Shown here in pieces: positions 8,719-18,227 of a DNA stretch of 64,000 nucleotides. Source of the stretch: a bacterium (GTDB lineage: Bacteria > Vulcanimicrobiota > JABDET01); contig JAKAVV010000013.1 in assembly GCA_021817145.1 (NCBI GenBank), positions 3,141 through 67,140 on the forward strand. Reading direction: 5' to 3'. Positions within the stretch are counted from its first letter, which is position 1. Every line of letters starts with the position of its first letter. The position numbers and the translations under genes are program-made. Below the pieces are notes generated by a model. The model worked only from the letters and a program-made list of their open reading frames with translations, ran no database searches and was not told where the DNA came from.

Positions 8719-9456
8719 ATGATCCATCCTGTTACGTTTGCTAAGCACCCCTTTAAAGGGGAAACTCCAAAACAAGTGGCTGACACTTTAAAGGCGCGTT
8801 CAGCTCTTGCAGGACTCATTCAACCAGCTCTTGGAGCAGCCGCTGGATTAACTCTTGACACTTCATCATTTATAAAAACATTAGATACAATTGGGCATGG
8901 AATAACAGGATTAAATTTCTCGGAGCTGGCTCACGGAGCTGATGAGATGTCTCATGTCTGGTTTCATTCACCTGGAGCAGATGGACTGATCGTGCACAGC
9001 GGTATGGAGGCATTTGTTGGATTAGGGATTGCGGTTGGAGCATCCGAAATATGGGCAGGAGTAAAAACCCACCAACGCTCTTATATACAAATGGGAGTTC
9101 TTGACCTCATTGGCTGCTCTTCCACACCCCTTATTCTAGCCGGGCTTGGAACTCCTGGCATAGGAGTCGCCATTGGAGTTGCAGCAGCTGGGTGTCTGCT
9201 TGCTTTTAAAAATAAAATGTCCACGATCCAAAAAGCGAATTCAGTGTTTAATACAATAAGTAGTTGGACAGGAGCTGCTGTACTGGCAGGCATTCTTGTT
9301 CTCCCTGCTTCAATGACTGCTGGTGCAGTACAAGCAGTCAAACTGATCTTCCTAAACAGCTCTGCAGCAAGAAAAAAGTTCTCAAAACTCAAAAGCAAGC
9401 TCGCTTCTTCACACACTGCTCCCGCTGCCGCGCAGCCCGAAAAATCAGGCGAATAA
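8719..9456 (+). CDS. Hypothetical Gly/Ala-rich membrane protein
   Basis: 245-aa ORF with several glycine-zipper-like hydrophobic segments (GLGIAVGASEIWAG; GLGTPGIGVAIGVAAAGCLLAF). Weak RBS. Its 3' end is overlapped in antisense by a HicB-like remnant that has a strong RBS. Confidence 0.4.
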   Translation: MIHPVTFAKHPFKGETPKQVADTLKARSALAGLIQPALGAAAGLTLDTSSFIKTLDTIGHGITGLNFSELAHGADEMSHVWFHSPGADGLIVHSGMEAFVGLGIAVGASEIWAGVKTHQRSYIQMGVLDLIGCSSTPLILAGLGTPGIGVAIGVAAAGCLLAFKNKMSTIQKANSVFNTISSWTGAAVLAGILVLPASMTAGAVQAVKLIFLNSSAARKKFSKLKSKLASSHTAPAAAQPEKSGE

Positions 9457-9506
9457 GCAGAATAATTCCCTTTAGCTTTTTCAATCACTACAAGAAAACG
9501 ATTCAT
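9402..9506 (-). pseudogene. HicB-family antitoxin N-terminal remnant (about 35 aa)
   Basis: Consensus RBS AAAGGAGGG 5 nt upstream of the ATG at 9506. MNRFLVVIEKAKGNYSAYSPDFSGCAAAGAVCEEA matches the HicB N-terminal fold consensus (..v.iEk...gy.a..PDlpGC.a.G.t.EEA). The rest of this 141-aa minus-strand ORF is antisense to the Gly-rich gene and shows no further HicB similarity. Confidence 0.3.
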
Positions 9507-9558
9507 ACTTTCCCTCCTTTAACCCAGTATTTTTGAATACTCGAATGGATATATCCTG

Positions 9559-11703
9559 TTACACCTTTGTCAGGCTGACCTGTCCAACGGACTGAATGTT
9601 AAACCTGGGAGCGATCTCATTGTAAGACAAAGCCACCAATCCAGGGAATGCCCGCTCAGTCAATCGTTTAATAAACTGCCTGACAGTGGCATTGCAGAGC
9701 ACAATGGGCTGGAGCCCTTTTTCGCTTAATTTTTTGATTTGATCTCCAATCGCTTTTAAAATCTCCTGTCCCATCTGCGGATCCAGGGCAAGGAACGATC
9801 CAAACTCTGTTCTCTGCACAGACTGCATGATAATCTGTTCAATTTCAGGATCCAGGGTGAACACATTGATAACTCCTTCATTGTTTGCGTAATCTCTGCA
9901 GATCACCCGTGAAAGAGCCTGGCGCACATACTCAGTCAGCATATCCGGATCTTTTGTGACATGAATATAATCCGCAAGGGTTTCTAAAATTGTAACGAGA
10001 TCCCGAATACTCACTCTTTCTTTAATTAAATTCTGCAGAATTTTCTGCACCTCTGCCAGTGATACTGCTTCAGGAACAACATCTTTCACAACAGCGGGAT
10101 GGGTTTTTTTGACGGTTTCGATCAAGCCTTGAGTTTCCTGTCTTCCTAAAAGTTCTGATCCATGGGTTCGAACGATTTCTGTAATTTGAGTGGCGACAAC
10201 ACTGACAGGATCAAAAATCATGCAGCCTAATCTTTCTGCTTCTCTCCTTTCTTCCGGTGGAATCCACATTCCCGGCATTCCATAAGTGGGATCCGTTGTT
10301 TTTGTTCCTTTTAAATTTTTTAACTGGTGTTCAGGTCCAATCGCTAAAAACTGTCCCATGACCACTTCTCCTCTTGCCACTTCCACATCCTTTATTTTAA
10401 TCACATACGCGCTCGGCTTCAGCTGCAGATTATCTCTAAATCTCACTCCTGGCACAATAATCCCCATTTCCATGGCAATATGTTTTCTCACAGAACCAAC
10501 CCGTTCCAGAAGTTTTGCTCCTTCATTGGGATCCACAAGGGGGAGCAGGGAGCGTCCTACTTCAACACTAATGGGATCCACCTGCATAAAGGTAACCACG
10601 CTCTCAGGTCTTTTTGTGGCTTCTTCAGCAGCTTTCTTTTCCTGCTGTTGAACAACCACCTGTTCCTGAACAGTCTGGCGAGAAAGAAAATAACCAAGTC
10701 CTGCCATAAAGATGCTGATCAGCAAAAATGGTTCCCAGGGAAGAGGAAGAATTCCCACCAGTGAAAGAAGAGCAAGAATTCCAGAAACCCCTCCTGCCAC
10801 CATTAAAGCAGTTGGCTGCTGGGTAATCTGCCCAATAACATCCGACCCTAAATTAGCATCTGAAGCAGCTCTTGTTACAACCATGCCCATGCTGGATGAC
10901 ATTAAAAAAGCGGGAATGGTTGTGGAAAGCCCGTTCCCAATCACCAGAAGAACATAAACTTTTAACGCATCTGCTGCTGACATCCCATGCTGGAGCATTC
11001 CCACAATCAATCCCCCGACAATTCCAACCACCATGACAACAATAGCCATCATGGCATCCCCTTTAATAAACTTTCCTGCTCCATCCATGGCTCCATAAAA
11101 ATCAGCTTCTCTTTCAATATCGCTTCTTTTTTTGCGGGCTGTATCGGGATCAATGAGTCCTGAATGCAAATCCGCGTCAATTGCCATCTGTTTCCCTGGC
11201 ATGGCATCCAGAGTAAACCGAGCGGCTACCTGAGCAATTCTTTCAGCTCCTTGAGTGATCACGATAAACTGAGCTGCAATCAGCAAGATAAAAATAATCA
11301 AACCTGTCACAACATTCCCATGAACCATCAAATTAGCGATTCCAGGGATCACATTTCCAACACTTCCTTTCGCTCCTGGAACTGGAAACCCGACATGACC
11401 GGGAGTTCTACTGGTTAAATTCCCATTAATAAGAATTAAGCGAGCAGCAGAAATATCCAGGGCAAGCCTGAAAAGAGTAGCCACTAAAAGAATAGAAGGG
11501 AAAACCGCAAATTCAAGAGGATCTCGAATATAAATGCTGACAATCAGGGTTAAAATCCCCCAGGCAATATTCAAAACCAAAAGGAAATCCAAAATAGCAG
11601 GAGGAAGGGGAACAATCAACATAAAAACAATAACGCATAAAACTATGGCTGCAATAATATTCGAATTGCTGATGATTTTCCCGAGGAGAGAGTCCTGGCT
11701 CAT
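9559..11703 (-). CDS. flhA: Flagellar type III export apparatus protein FlhA
   Basis: 714 aa. N-terminal TM domain and conserved FlhA cytoplasmic domain, with recognisable family motifs throughout. Confidence 0.95.
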   Translation of the reverse strand: MSQDSLLGKIISNSNIIAAIVLCVIVFMLIVPLPPAILDFLLVLNIAWGILTLIVSIYIRDPLEFAVFPSILLVATLFRLALDISAARLILINGNLTSRTPGHVGFPVPGAKGSVGNVIPGIANLMVHGNVVTGLIIFILLIAAQFIVITQGAERIAQVAARFTLDAMPGKQMAIDADLHSGLIDPDTARKKRSDIEREADFYGAMDGAGKFIKGDAMMAIVVMVVGIVGGLIVGMLQHGMSAADALKVYVLLVIGNGLSTTIPAFLMSSSMGMVVTRAASDANLGSDVIGQITQQPTALMVAGGVSGILALLSLVGILPLPWEPFLLISIFMAGLGYFLSRQTVQEQVVVQQQEKKAAEEATKRPESVVTFMQVDPISVEVGRSLLPLVDPNEGAKLLERVGSVRKHIAMEMGIIVPGVRFRDNLQLKPSAYVIKIKDVEVARGEVVMGQFLAIGPEHQLKNLKGTKTTDPTYGMPGMWIPPEERREAERLGCMIFDPVSVVATQITEIVRTHGSELLGRQETQGLIETVKKTHPAVVKDVVPEAVSLAEVQKILQNLIKERVSIRDLVTILETLADYIHVTKDPDMLTEYVRQALSRVICRDYANNEGVINVFTLDPEIEQIIMQSVQRTEFGSFLALDPQMGQEILKAIGDQIKKLSEKGLQPIVLCNATVRQFIKRLTERAFPGLVALSYNEIAPRFNIQSVGQVSLTKV

Positions 11704-12849
11704 TTATTCCCTCCTCCTCGATCTTGAAGTTTGCGGCATCTGAGGTTCCTCTCTCATCCTTAAAATACTCCGTCTTTTAGCCATCTCTCTTTTTCTTTTT
11801 AATCGAAACACAAAAGCTAAAACTTCAGCAACCGCTTTGTAAAGCTCTCCTGGAATCGTCTGTCCTATCTTGCAGGCTTCAAACAAAGCCCTTGCCAGTC
11901 CAATATTTTCGATAATCGGAACTTCATTTTTTTCCGCGATTTCTCGAATCATTTCAGCGATCAATCTCTCCCCTTTTGCCAGAACAACAGGAGCATCCAT
12001 TTTCCCCTGCTCGTATTGAATAGCAATGGCAAGATGGGTGGGGTTTGTAATCACAGCGCTGGCATTCGGAACCTGCTGCATCATGGACTGTTCCACCATT
12101 TGTCTCTGCATCTGACGCATTTTAGCTTTAACATGAGGGTCCCCTTCTGTGTCTTTAAACTCATCTTTTAACTCTTTAATGGACATTTTCATTTCCATCA
12201 TGAACAATTTCTTTTGAATTAAATAGTCAATAATGGCTAAAACCAGATAAGCTGCTGTCACATACCAGATTAATTTAAACATCAGGCTCAATCCAAAGGA
12301 AAGGATATTTCTAAGATTCCAGGCAACTAAATTTTTAAAAGTCCCCATTGAATTAGAAATAACTTTATAAGCCACAGTTCCAATAACTGCCACTTTAATC
12401 ATCTGTTTAATGAACTCAAACAAGGATTTCTTGGAAAAAATCTTTTTAAATCCCTCGATAGGACTGATCTTCTGCAAGCTGGGGGTCAGAGGAGCGGCAG
12501 AGAAAAAAAATCCAATTTGAGCGATATTCAGCAGAAGCGCGGTCAGAAATGCTACAGCAAGAACAGGAATCACCAGTTTTGCCGCAACCATCAAAACGTT
12601 CAAAATAATTCTGTGAACATCCCCTTCCCTAAAGGAAAGATTAGGGATCTGACCATACAGGTTATGGGTAAAAGACAGGAGATTCCGAATTCCCCATTCA
12701 CCAGCCCATGCCAATGCCAGCATCATCGCTGCAAATTGGAGGGCTGAAATGATCTCCATGCTTTTAAAAACCTGCCCCTTTTTCTTAGCTTCCTGCAGCT
12801 TATGCTCTGTTGGTTCTTCGGTTTTTTCTCCTTGTCCATCATCCGGCAT
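11704..12849 (-). CDS. flhB: Flagellar export apparatus protein FlhB
   Basis: N-terminus ...EKTEEPTEHKLQEAKKKGQVFKS matches the FlhB start. 381 aa. Contiguous with flhA. Confidence 0.9.
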   Translation of the reverse strand: MPDDGQGEKTEEPTEHKLQEAKKKGQVFKSMEIISALQFAAMMLALAWAGEWGIRNLLSFTHNLYGQIPNLSFREGDVHRIILNVLMVAAKLVIPVLAVAFLTALLLNIAQIGFFFSAAPLTPSLQKISPIEGFKKIFSKKSLFEFIKQMIKVAVIGTVAYKVISNSMGTFKNLVAWNLRNILSFGLSLMFKLIWYVTAAYLVLAIIDYLIQKKLFMMEMKMSIKELKDEFKDTEGDPHVKAKMRQMQRQMVEQSMMQQVPNASAVITNPTHLAIAIQYEQGKMDAPVVLAKGERLIAEMIREIAEKNEVPIIENIGLARALFEACKIGQTIPGELYKAVAEVLAFVFRLKRKREMAKRRSILRMREEPQMPQTSRSRRRE

Positions 12850-12855
12850 AATCGC

Positions 12856-13659
12856 TCACCTCTTTTGCAGATCCAAAATTAAAGAAGCCATATCCCCGTT
12901 CAGGCGGTGCCAAAAATGGGGAATAGCCAGATAAAACATGGGAACAATGCTTAAAAGCAGAAGAGAAAGCCCAACCAGAATATTTAAGGGGAACGAGATC
13001 ATAAACACATTAAACTGCTGAGCCGCTCGATTTAAAAGCCCAAGGGCTATTTGAGTAATAAAAAGAGCCACTAAAACAGGGGCGCTGATTTCAAGAGCCA
13101 TGCTGAAAATTCCGCCGCTTGCCTGAATCAGTTTGGTCAAGGCTGCCCCATTAATCGAAAAACTGGTTACAGGGATCAATTGGTAGCTTCTTTTAATCGC
13201 TTTAAAAAAATAGAAATAACCTCGAATAAAAAGCCAGGACAAAATCCCCAATTTTTGTTCAAAAGATGCGATCAAATTGATCGGCTGTCCTGTTGATGGA
13301 TTAACCATTGCAGCAATGGAAAGACCCATTTGAATATCGCACAACTCCCCTGCAAATTGAACTCCAGCAACCACGAGATAAGAGGTAAATCCAATGGTCA
13401 AGCCAATGACAGTCTGGCCAGCGGCATCAATCGCTGTTTCCATAAGACCGGTAGGAAGATGAGCAGGGAGAGGAAGAGTGCGAAAAATAAGAAAAGAGAT
13501 TCCAAGTCCATAAGCGATCTGAGCTGTCATAGGGATCCCTTGAGGTCTTCCAAAAAGAGGAGCCTGCACAAAAACCCCCATCAATCTTGCAAAGATTAAA
13601 ATAAAAAAAACAAAAGATTCAAACCCCAAATTGATAGGACTCATGTTAGGGCCCTCCAT
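12856..13659 (-). CDS. fliR: Flagellar export apparatus protein FliR
   Basis: 267-aa polytopic membrane protein in the fliPQR position. Confidence 0.85.
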   Translation of the reverse strand: MEGPNMSPINLGFESFVFFILIFARLMGVFVQAPLFGRPQGIPMTAQIAYGLGISFLIFRTLPLPAHLPTGLMETAIDAAGQTVIGLTIGFTSYLVVAGVQFAGELCDIQMGLSIAAMVNPSTGQPINLIASFEQKLGILSWLFIRGYFYFFKAIKRSYQLIPVTSFSINGAALTKLIQASGGIFSMALEISAPVLVALFITQIALGLLNRAAQQFNVFMISFPLNILVGLSLLLLSIVPMFYLAIPHFWHRLNGDMASLILDLQKR

Positions 13660-13927
13660 TACTGGTTAAACGAGGAATCGCTTTAAAAAGCTCCACTGCA
13701 AATCTTCCGATCGTTGAACCTATCCATGGTCCTGCCAGCATGGCTGCAATAAAAGTAACCACAATTTTAGGAACAAAGCTTAACGTTTGCTCTTGAATCT
13801 GAGTGGTTGCCTGAATAATGCTGATAATAAGCCCTACTACCAGAGCAGAAATAAGCATGGGAGCAGATACCAGAAGGATCAGATAAAGAGCCTGGGTGCA
13901 GATTCCTAAAATATATGTTTCATTCAT
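13646..13927 (-). CDS. fliQ: Flagellar export apparatus protein FliQ
   Basis: 93-aa two-TM protein with ..ISIIQATTQIQEQTLSFVPKI.., the FliQ signature. Confidence 0.85.
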   Translation of the reverse strand: MNETYILGICTQALYLILLVSAPMLISALVVGLIISIIQATTQIQEQTLSFVPKIVVTFIAAMLAGPWIGSTIGRFAVELFKAIPRLTSNGGP

Positions 13928-13947
13928 TGTCTGTCCTTCCTAAAACT

Positions 13948-14691
13948 TCAATGAACATGAAAACTAACGATCAAACCTTTAATAATAAGCTCCCATCCAT
14001 CCACCATCACAAAAAGAAGAAGTTTAAAAGGGAGGGAGATAGACATAGGAGAAAGCATGAACATTCCCATGCTCATCAGAACACTTGCCACAACCATGTC
14101 AATAATTAAAAACGGAATATAAATTAAAAAACCAATTTCAAATCCAATCTTAACCTCGCTGACCATGAACGCTGGAGTCAAAATATAAAGGGGGGTGTCT
14201 AAAAGATTTTTCGGAGGCTGAGCATGCGCCAAATCGAAAAAAAGCTCTAAATCCGGCTTTTGAACCTGTCTTAACATAAATTTTTTAATGGGAGTCGCTG
14301 CCCTGGCAAAAGCGACAGATTGATTGATTTTCCCTTGAGAAAGAGGGCGAATCGCTTGATTATTGATCTGAATCGCAATCGGAGACATAACATAAAAAGT
14401 AATAAATAAAGCAAGCCCCATCAAAACCTGTGTTGGGGGGACCTGCTGGGTTCCAAGAGCAGAACGAACAAAAGACAAAACAATCAGAGTTCTCACAAAA
14501 CTGGTCATCATCATTAAAAGATAAGGAGCCAGAGTTAAAACACTTAAAAGAAGTAAAATTTGAATTGGCAGAACTAGACCTGAAGGCTTGACAGCCTTTG
14601 AACCAATACTGATCTTGGGGAAGACAATCATTGGCATGGCAGCAGCGTGAATCGGTATCATTCCTGAGATTCCTTTCTGTTCTTTTTCCAT
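13948..14691 (-). CDS. fliP: Flagellar export apparatus protein FliP
   Basis: FliP family motifs (..TSFVRTLIVLSFVRSALGTQQVPP..). Confidence 0.9.
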   Translation of the reverse strand: MEKEQKGISGMIPIHAAAMPMIVFPKISIGSKAVKPSGLVLPIQILLLLSVLTLAPYLLMMMTSFVRTLIVLSFVRSALGTQQVPPTQVLMGLALFITFYVMSPIAIQINNQAIRPLSQGKINQSVAFARAATPIKKFMLRQVQKPDLELFFDLAHAQPPKNLLDTPLYILTPAFMVSEVKIGFEIGFLIYIPFLIIDMVVASVLMSMGMFMLSPMSISLPFKLLLFVMVDGWELIIKGLIVSFHVH

Positions 14692-15113
14692 CGTTTGCTT
14701 AAAGTATTCAAATATCCCGTAAAAGAAGCAGGAGTATCATGATTTTGTTCCATCCATCCCATTTCTTTTGCTGCTGCTGCTTCATCTAATTGGGTTAAAA
14801 AACTAATATTCTGGTCAGTAACCCCGAGCAGGTAAAATTTCCCCAGCACTTCTATAACTAAAATATAACGTTGAGGAGAAAGAGGGAATCGGTCCACGAC
14901 TTTAATAAGCTGTTTTCCCAATCCCAAGCGATTCAACACATTTTTCCCATACAAAAATTTAATAGTTAAATAAGCGCCTACACAAACGAGAAAAAGAACT
15001 CCTACTCCATAAGCAAGAGAAGAAATTCCTGGAAGGAAATTTTGATTTGAAAAATGCGCGGCATGTTTTGAAAGGGGATGATGAGCTGCAAGAGACAAGA
15101 GCATTGGGGTCAT
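14658..15113 (-). CDS. fliO: FliO/FliZ-like flagellar biosynthesis protein
   Basis: Single-TM small protein immediately upstream of fliP. Assignment by position and topology only. Confidence 0.45.
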   Translation of the reverse strand: MTPMLLSLAAHHPLSKHAAHFSNQNFLPGISSLAYGVGVLFLVCVGAYLTIKFLYGKNVLNRLGLGKQLIKVVDRFPLSPQRYILVIEVLGKFYLLGVTDQNISFLTQLDEAAAAKEMGWMEQNHDTPASFTGYLNTLSKRWKKNRKESQE

Positions 15114-15445
15114 TTTCCTGGCACCTCTGTTATTCTAACACCATAACTCTCATCAATAGCCACAACCTCCCCTTTTGCAATACTTTTCCCATTAACTAAA
15201 ATATCCACAGGTTCTCCTGTCGCTTTTTCAAGTTCTATAACAGAACCAACTCCTAATTTTAAAATGTCTTTTACCAGCATTCTGGTTCTTCCCAGTTCTG
15301 CGGTCACAATAAGTGGAACATCTTTTAACAAATCAATGCTAGCTCCCGCGCCGGATGACTGAACCCCTGATTCCAGGTGGCTGAACTGAAGCGGGCGCAC
15401 AGTTTGTTCTGTTTCTTCTTTTCCATTACTCATCGAAACTTTCAT
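15110..15445 (-). CDS. fliN: Flagellar motor switch protein FliN
   Basis: C-terminal SpoA/FliN domain ..LIVTAELGRTRMLVKDILKLGVGSVIELEKATGEPVDILVNGKSIAKGEVVAIDESYGVRITEV. Confidence 0.85.
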   Translation of the reverse strand: MKVSMSNGKEETEQTVRPLQFSHLESGVQSSGAGASIDLLKDVPLIVTAELGRTRMLVKDILKLGVGSVIELEKATGEPVDILVNGKSIAKGEVVAIDESYGVRITEVPGK

Positions 15446-16436
15446 CCCCTTCTTGAACGACGTGTGTGATCTGAATCGCTAATTTATTTTCAGTGGATCC
15501 TGGCTTTCCTAAAAACTTAGTTTTGCCTGCAACTTTAATTTTCAATGGCTCCTCTCTCCGCGAGATAAGGCGCAGCATATCCCCTTCTTCTAAATTGAGA
15601 AGATCTTGAAAAAGGACTTCAGCCTCTCCGAGTTCCACCACAACAGGAACAAAAGCGGATTCGATCTTTTTCCCTACCACAGGGGCAAGAGAAGAAGCCG
15701 CAGCCCCTTGAGTTCTCCGAATGATGGTTTGAGTGAGCATTTCTTCTGGATTTTTAGGGATGATTTCCCGTATCTGCCGAAAAGGAAAAGCCACTTGGAA
15801 AAGGCTGGTCATCCCGCTGATCCTTAAAACAAAGCGGGCTGAAACCATATTTTCTCGAAATGGAAAAACAACCGGGTAATTCGGCGAAAACTCGATCTGC
15901 TCAATCACAGGAGAAAAAGGGGTGATATCTTTCCATGCTTCTTGATAAGCGAGAAGAAACTGATTTAAAACATGCTTTTCTAAAAGAGCTTTTTCAATTT
16001 CCGTAAATTCCCTCAGTTCTTCCGGAATTTCTCCTTTCCCCCCCATCATGCAGTCCAGAGCAAAAAAAGGCAGAGGGCCTGAGAGCACCCATAATCCTCT
16101 TATTTTATCATTCAAACGAAAAGTCACAAAAGCGGTTGGATCTAAAAACTGATCTAAAAACTCTTTGAAAGAGATCTGCTCGGTATCCTGCAGCTCCGCA
16201 ATTCCTCTCATTTGGAGAGCAGGAGTCAGATGAGGGGGGAGGAATTCAGCGAACTGAGTAAAGATGCGAGTCAAAAACCTCTTTTGTTCTGAAGTAAGAG
16301 ATTCGGACTGCCAATCAACTCTTGACACCTGTGCTGCCAGCGGCTTTTTAAAAGAATACGTTTTCCCCTCTTCTTTTCCCATCACCTCTTTCACCTTCCA
16401 TGCCTGAGATAAATTTCCTGGTCTCCTCATCAACAT
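15426..16436 (-). CDS. fliM: Flagellar motor switch protein FliM
   Basis: 336 aa. FliM middle domain and C-terminal FliN-like domain. Located between flgE-like and fliN. Confidence 0.85.
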   Translation of the reverse strand: MLMRRPGNLSQAWKVKEVMGKEEGKTYSFKKPLAAQVSRVDWQSESLTSEQKRFLTRIFTQFAEFLPPHLTPALQMRGIAELQDTEQISFKEFLDQFLDPTAFVTFRLNDKIRGLWVLSGPLPFFALDCMMGGKGEIPEELREFTEIEKALLEKHVLNQFLLAYQEAWKDITPFSPVIEQIEFSPNYPVVFPFRENMVSARFVLRISGMTSLFQVAFPFRQIREIIPKNPEEMLTQTIIRRTQGAAASSLAPVVGKKIESAFVPVVVELGEAEVLFQDLLNLEEGDMLRLISRREEPLKIKVAGKTKFLGKPGSTENKLAIQITHVVQEGDESFDE

Positions 16437-16488
16437 ACATTACCCGCATTTCATGCTTAAATGCGGGTTGGGGGAATGGGAGCAAAAT

Positions 16489-17340
16489 TTACTTCACCAT
16501 GTTCGTCGCTGTTTGTGTCATTTGATTCATATTGTTGAAAACAGCGAACTCGGCGTTATAAGCCATTTTTGCAAGAATAACCTGCTGCACCATGGTTGGA
16601 ATATCCACATTGGACATTTCAAGGCTGTGAGTGCTTACACTGGCTGAAATAGGACCCTCTCCTGAAACTCCATCATGAGGCTGTCCAGAAGCGCTGGTCG
16701 CTTCAAAAGAGGTTGTGCCAACCTGTTTAAGCCCATCGGGATCCGCAAATTTAGCCAGTCCTACCTGAAAAAGAGGAACTGTTTTTGTGACTGCTTGATG
16801 TGTCATTGGATCACTGATTTTAATTTCACCATACAGCTTGCCTCCTGCTCCAAATTTAAACCCGGAATACATTCCCCCATACAGTTTAGTATTGGGATCA
16901 TAAGGAAGTTCTATGGTTTGGAGCTTCTTGGATTTTGGCTGTCCATTCCCATTTAAAGCATATCCCTGGACTTGAAGTCCTGAAAAGGGATCTATGAGCT
17001 TCCCATTCTTAAACTCAAAATGCCCGGCTCTGGTATATCTTGTATGTGTTCCATCAGAAAGCACGAAAAAAGTCGAACAAGGAGTCCCGGGTTCTCCGCC
17101 ATCAATCGCTAAATCATAAGCCCCTCCTGTTTTTTCTATTTTCCCTTGAGTAAAGGTAGAGGTATTGGTATGAGTATAAGCTCCAAGTCCCATCCCATTA
17201 TTCATAACCTCCTGAAAAGTCATGTTTTGCGCTTTAAAACCCGGCGTGGTAAAATTCTGAAGATCGGAAAACATGAGATTGATCTGCGAAAATTGATTCC
17301 CCGCCGCATTAAAAGTTTTATAAAAATCAAAACCAGACAT
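16489..17340 (-). CDS. flgE: Flagellar hook protein (short Bacillus-type FlgE; rod/hook family)
   Basis: N-terminal flg_bb_rod motif (..NLMFSDLQNFTTPGFKAQ..). C-terminal rod/hook domain (..LEMSNVDIPTMVQQVILAKMAYNAEF..). The position downstream of fliK matches the Bacillus fla/che order. 283 aa. Confidence 0.6.
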   Translation of the reverse strand: MSGFDFYKTFNAAGNQFSQINLMFSDLQNFTTPGFKAQNMTFQEVMNNGMGLGAYTHTNTSTFTQGKIEKTGGAYDLAIDGGEPGTPCSTFFVLSDGTHTRYTRAGHFEFKNGKLIDPFSGLQVQGYALNGNGQPKSKKLQTIELPYDPNTKLYGGMYSGFKFGAGGKLYGEIKISDPMTHQAVTKTVPLFQVGLAKFADPDGLKQVGTTSFEATSASGQPHDGVSGEGPISASVSTHSLEMSNVDIPTMVQQVILAKMAYNAEFAVFNNMNQMTQTATNMVK

Positions 17341-17352
17341 AGTTTATCCTCC

Positions 17353-18216
17353 TTACGAATTTTTTTGAACTTCTAATTCTTCTACCTGAAGCCCCTGGCT
17401 GGAAAAAGCTTTTGCCAGATCTCCTAAATGAGCCTCTAAAATCTTCCGAACGCTTTTTTCAGAAGCTTTAAATTGCGCAGAGACCTTGCTGCCGCTGATA
17501 GTGAGAGCCAGATGAATTTCTCCTAACTCTTTAGGATTTAAGATCAATCTGGCTTCTGTCCCAGTTTTTACTCTTCTTAAAGAAATCTGTTTTAAAATCT
17601 GTTTAATGACCTCAGATTCTTTCACCCCTTCCTGACTGTCAAGTTTTTGAAGAGAAGTGTTTAAGTTAGAGAAAGCGGTTTCAGAACTTTTAACCGAAGA
17701 TGTGTTTTCATTTGCCATCATCTCTCTTGCCAATTGATCCAGAAAACTGCTTAACTGTCTTCTTGTGTTTAATCGTGTCATTTGAGTAAAATGATCGTAA
17801 GAAAAATCTTGAAGATTCAATCCTCTTGAAGTAAGCATCTTTTGAAATTCCTGCCATGAAGTCTGCCCTTCATGAACTCCATATAATTCTCTGTCACCCA
17901 TGCTCCAGGTAGCTGGATCATGATAAACCAGATCATAAAGATAATGATAAAGAGGAGAAATCTCACTCCTCTGCGTTCCTGAAAGTTTTTGCGATAGAGC
18001 TTTTTTGGCGGTTTCGCGTTTTTCTTTATCATGGGTCGTATTCTTTGATTTAGGGTGAGGATGAGCGTCTTTTTCTTGAAGTTTGTCAGACTCTGTCTTT
18101 TCTTTCAAAATATCCGAAAAAGATTTCGTCTCTTTGGAAGGACGCTGAATCACCCCTTTTTTTTCAAGGGTCGCTGTTTGCTTTTCTTGGCCCAATTGAC
18201 CAATGGTCTGGTTCAT
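17353..18216 (-). CDS. fliK: Flagellar hook-length control protein FliK-like
   Basis: C-terminal FliK domain (..ARLILNPKELGEIHLALTISGSKVSAQFKASEKSVRKILEAHLGDL..) after a low-complexity Ser/Gln-rich N-terminal region. Confidence 0.6.
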   Translation of the reverse strand: MNQTIGQLGQEKQTATLEKKGVIQRPSKETKSFSDILKEKTESDKLQEKDAHPHPKSKNTTHDKEKRETAKKALSQKLSGTQRSEISPLYHYLYDLVYHDPATWSMGDRELYGVHEGQTSWQEFQKMLTSRGLNLQDFSYDHFTQMTRLNTRRQLSSFLDQLAREMMANENTSSVKSSETAFSNLNTSLQKLDSQEGVKESEVIKQILKQISLRRVKTGTEARLILNPKELGEIHLALTISGSKVSAQFKASEKSVRKILEAHLGDLAKAFSSQGLQVEELEVQKNS

Positions 18217-18227
18217 TTTTATCTCTC

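Noticed and set aside
9081-9401. Remaining 106 aa of the 141-aa minus-strand ORF beyond the HicB-like N-terminus
   Set aside because: It is antisense to a Gly/Ala-codon-rich region, which generically yields long open antisense frames. There is no HicB-like or other recognisable similarity after the first about 35 aa.
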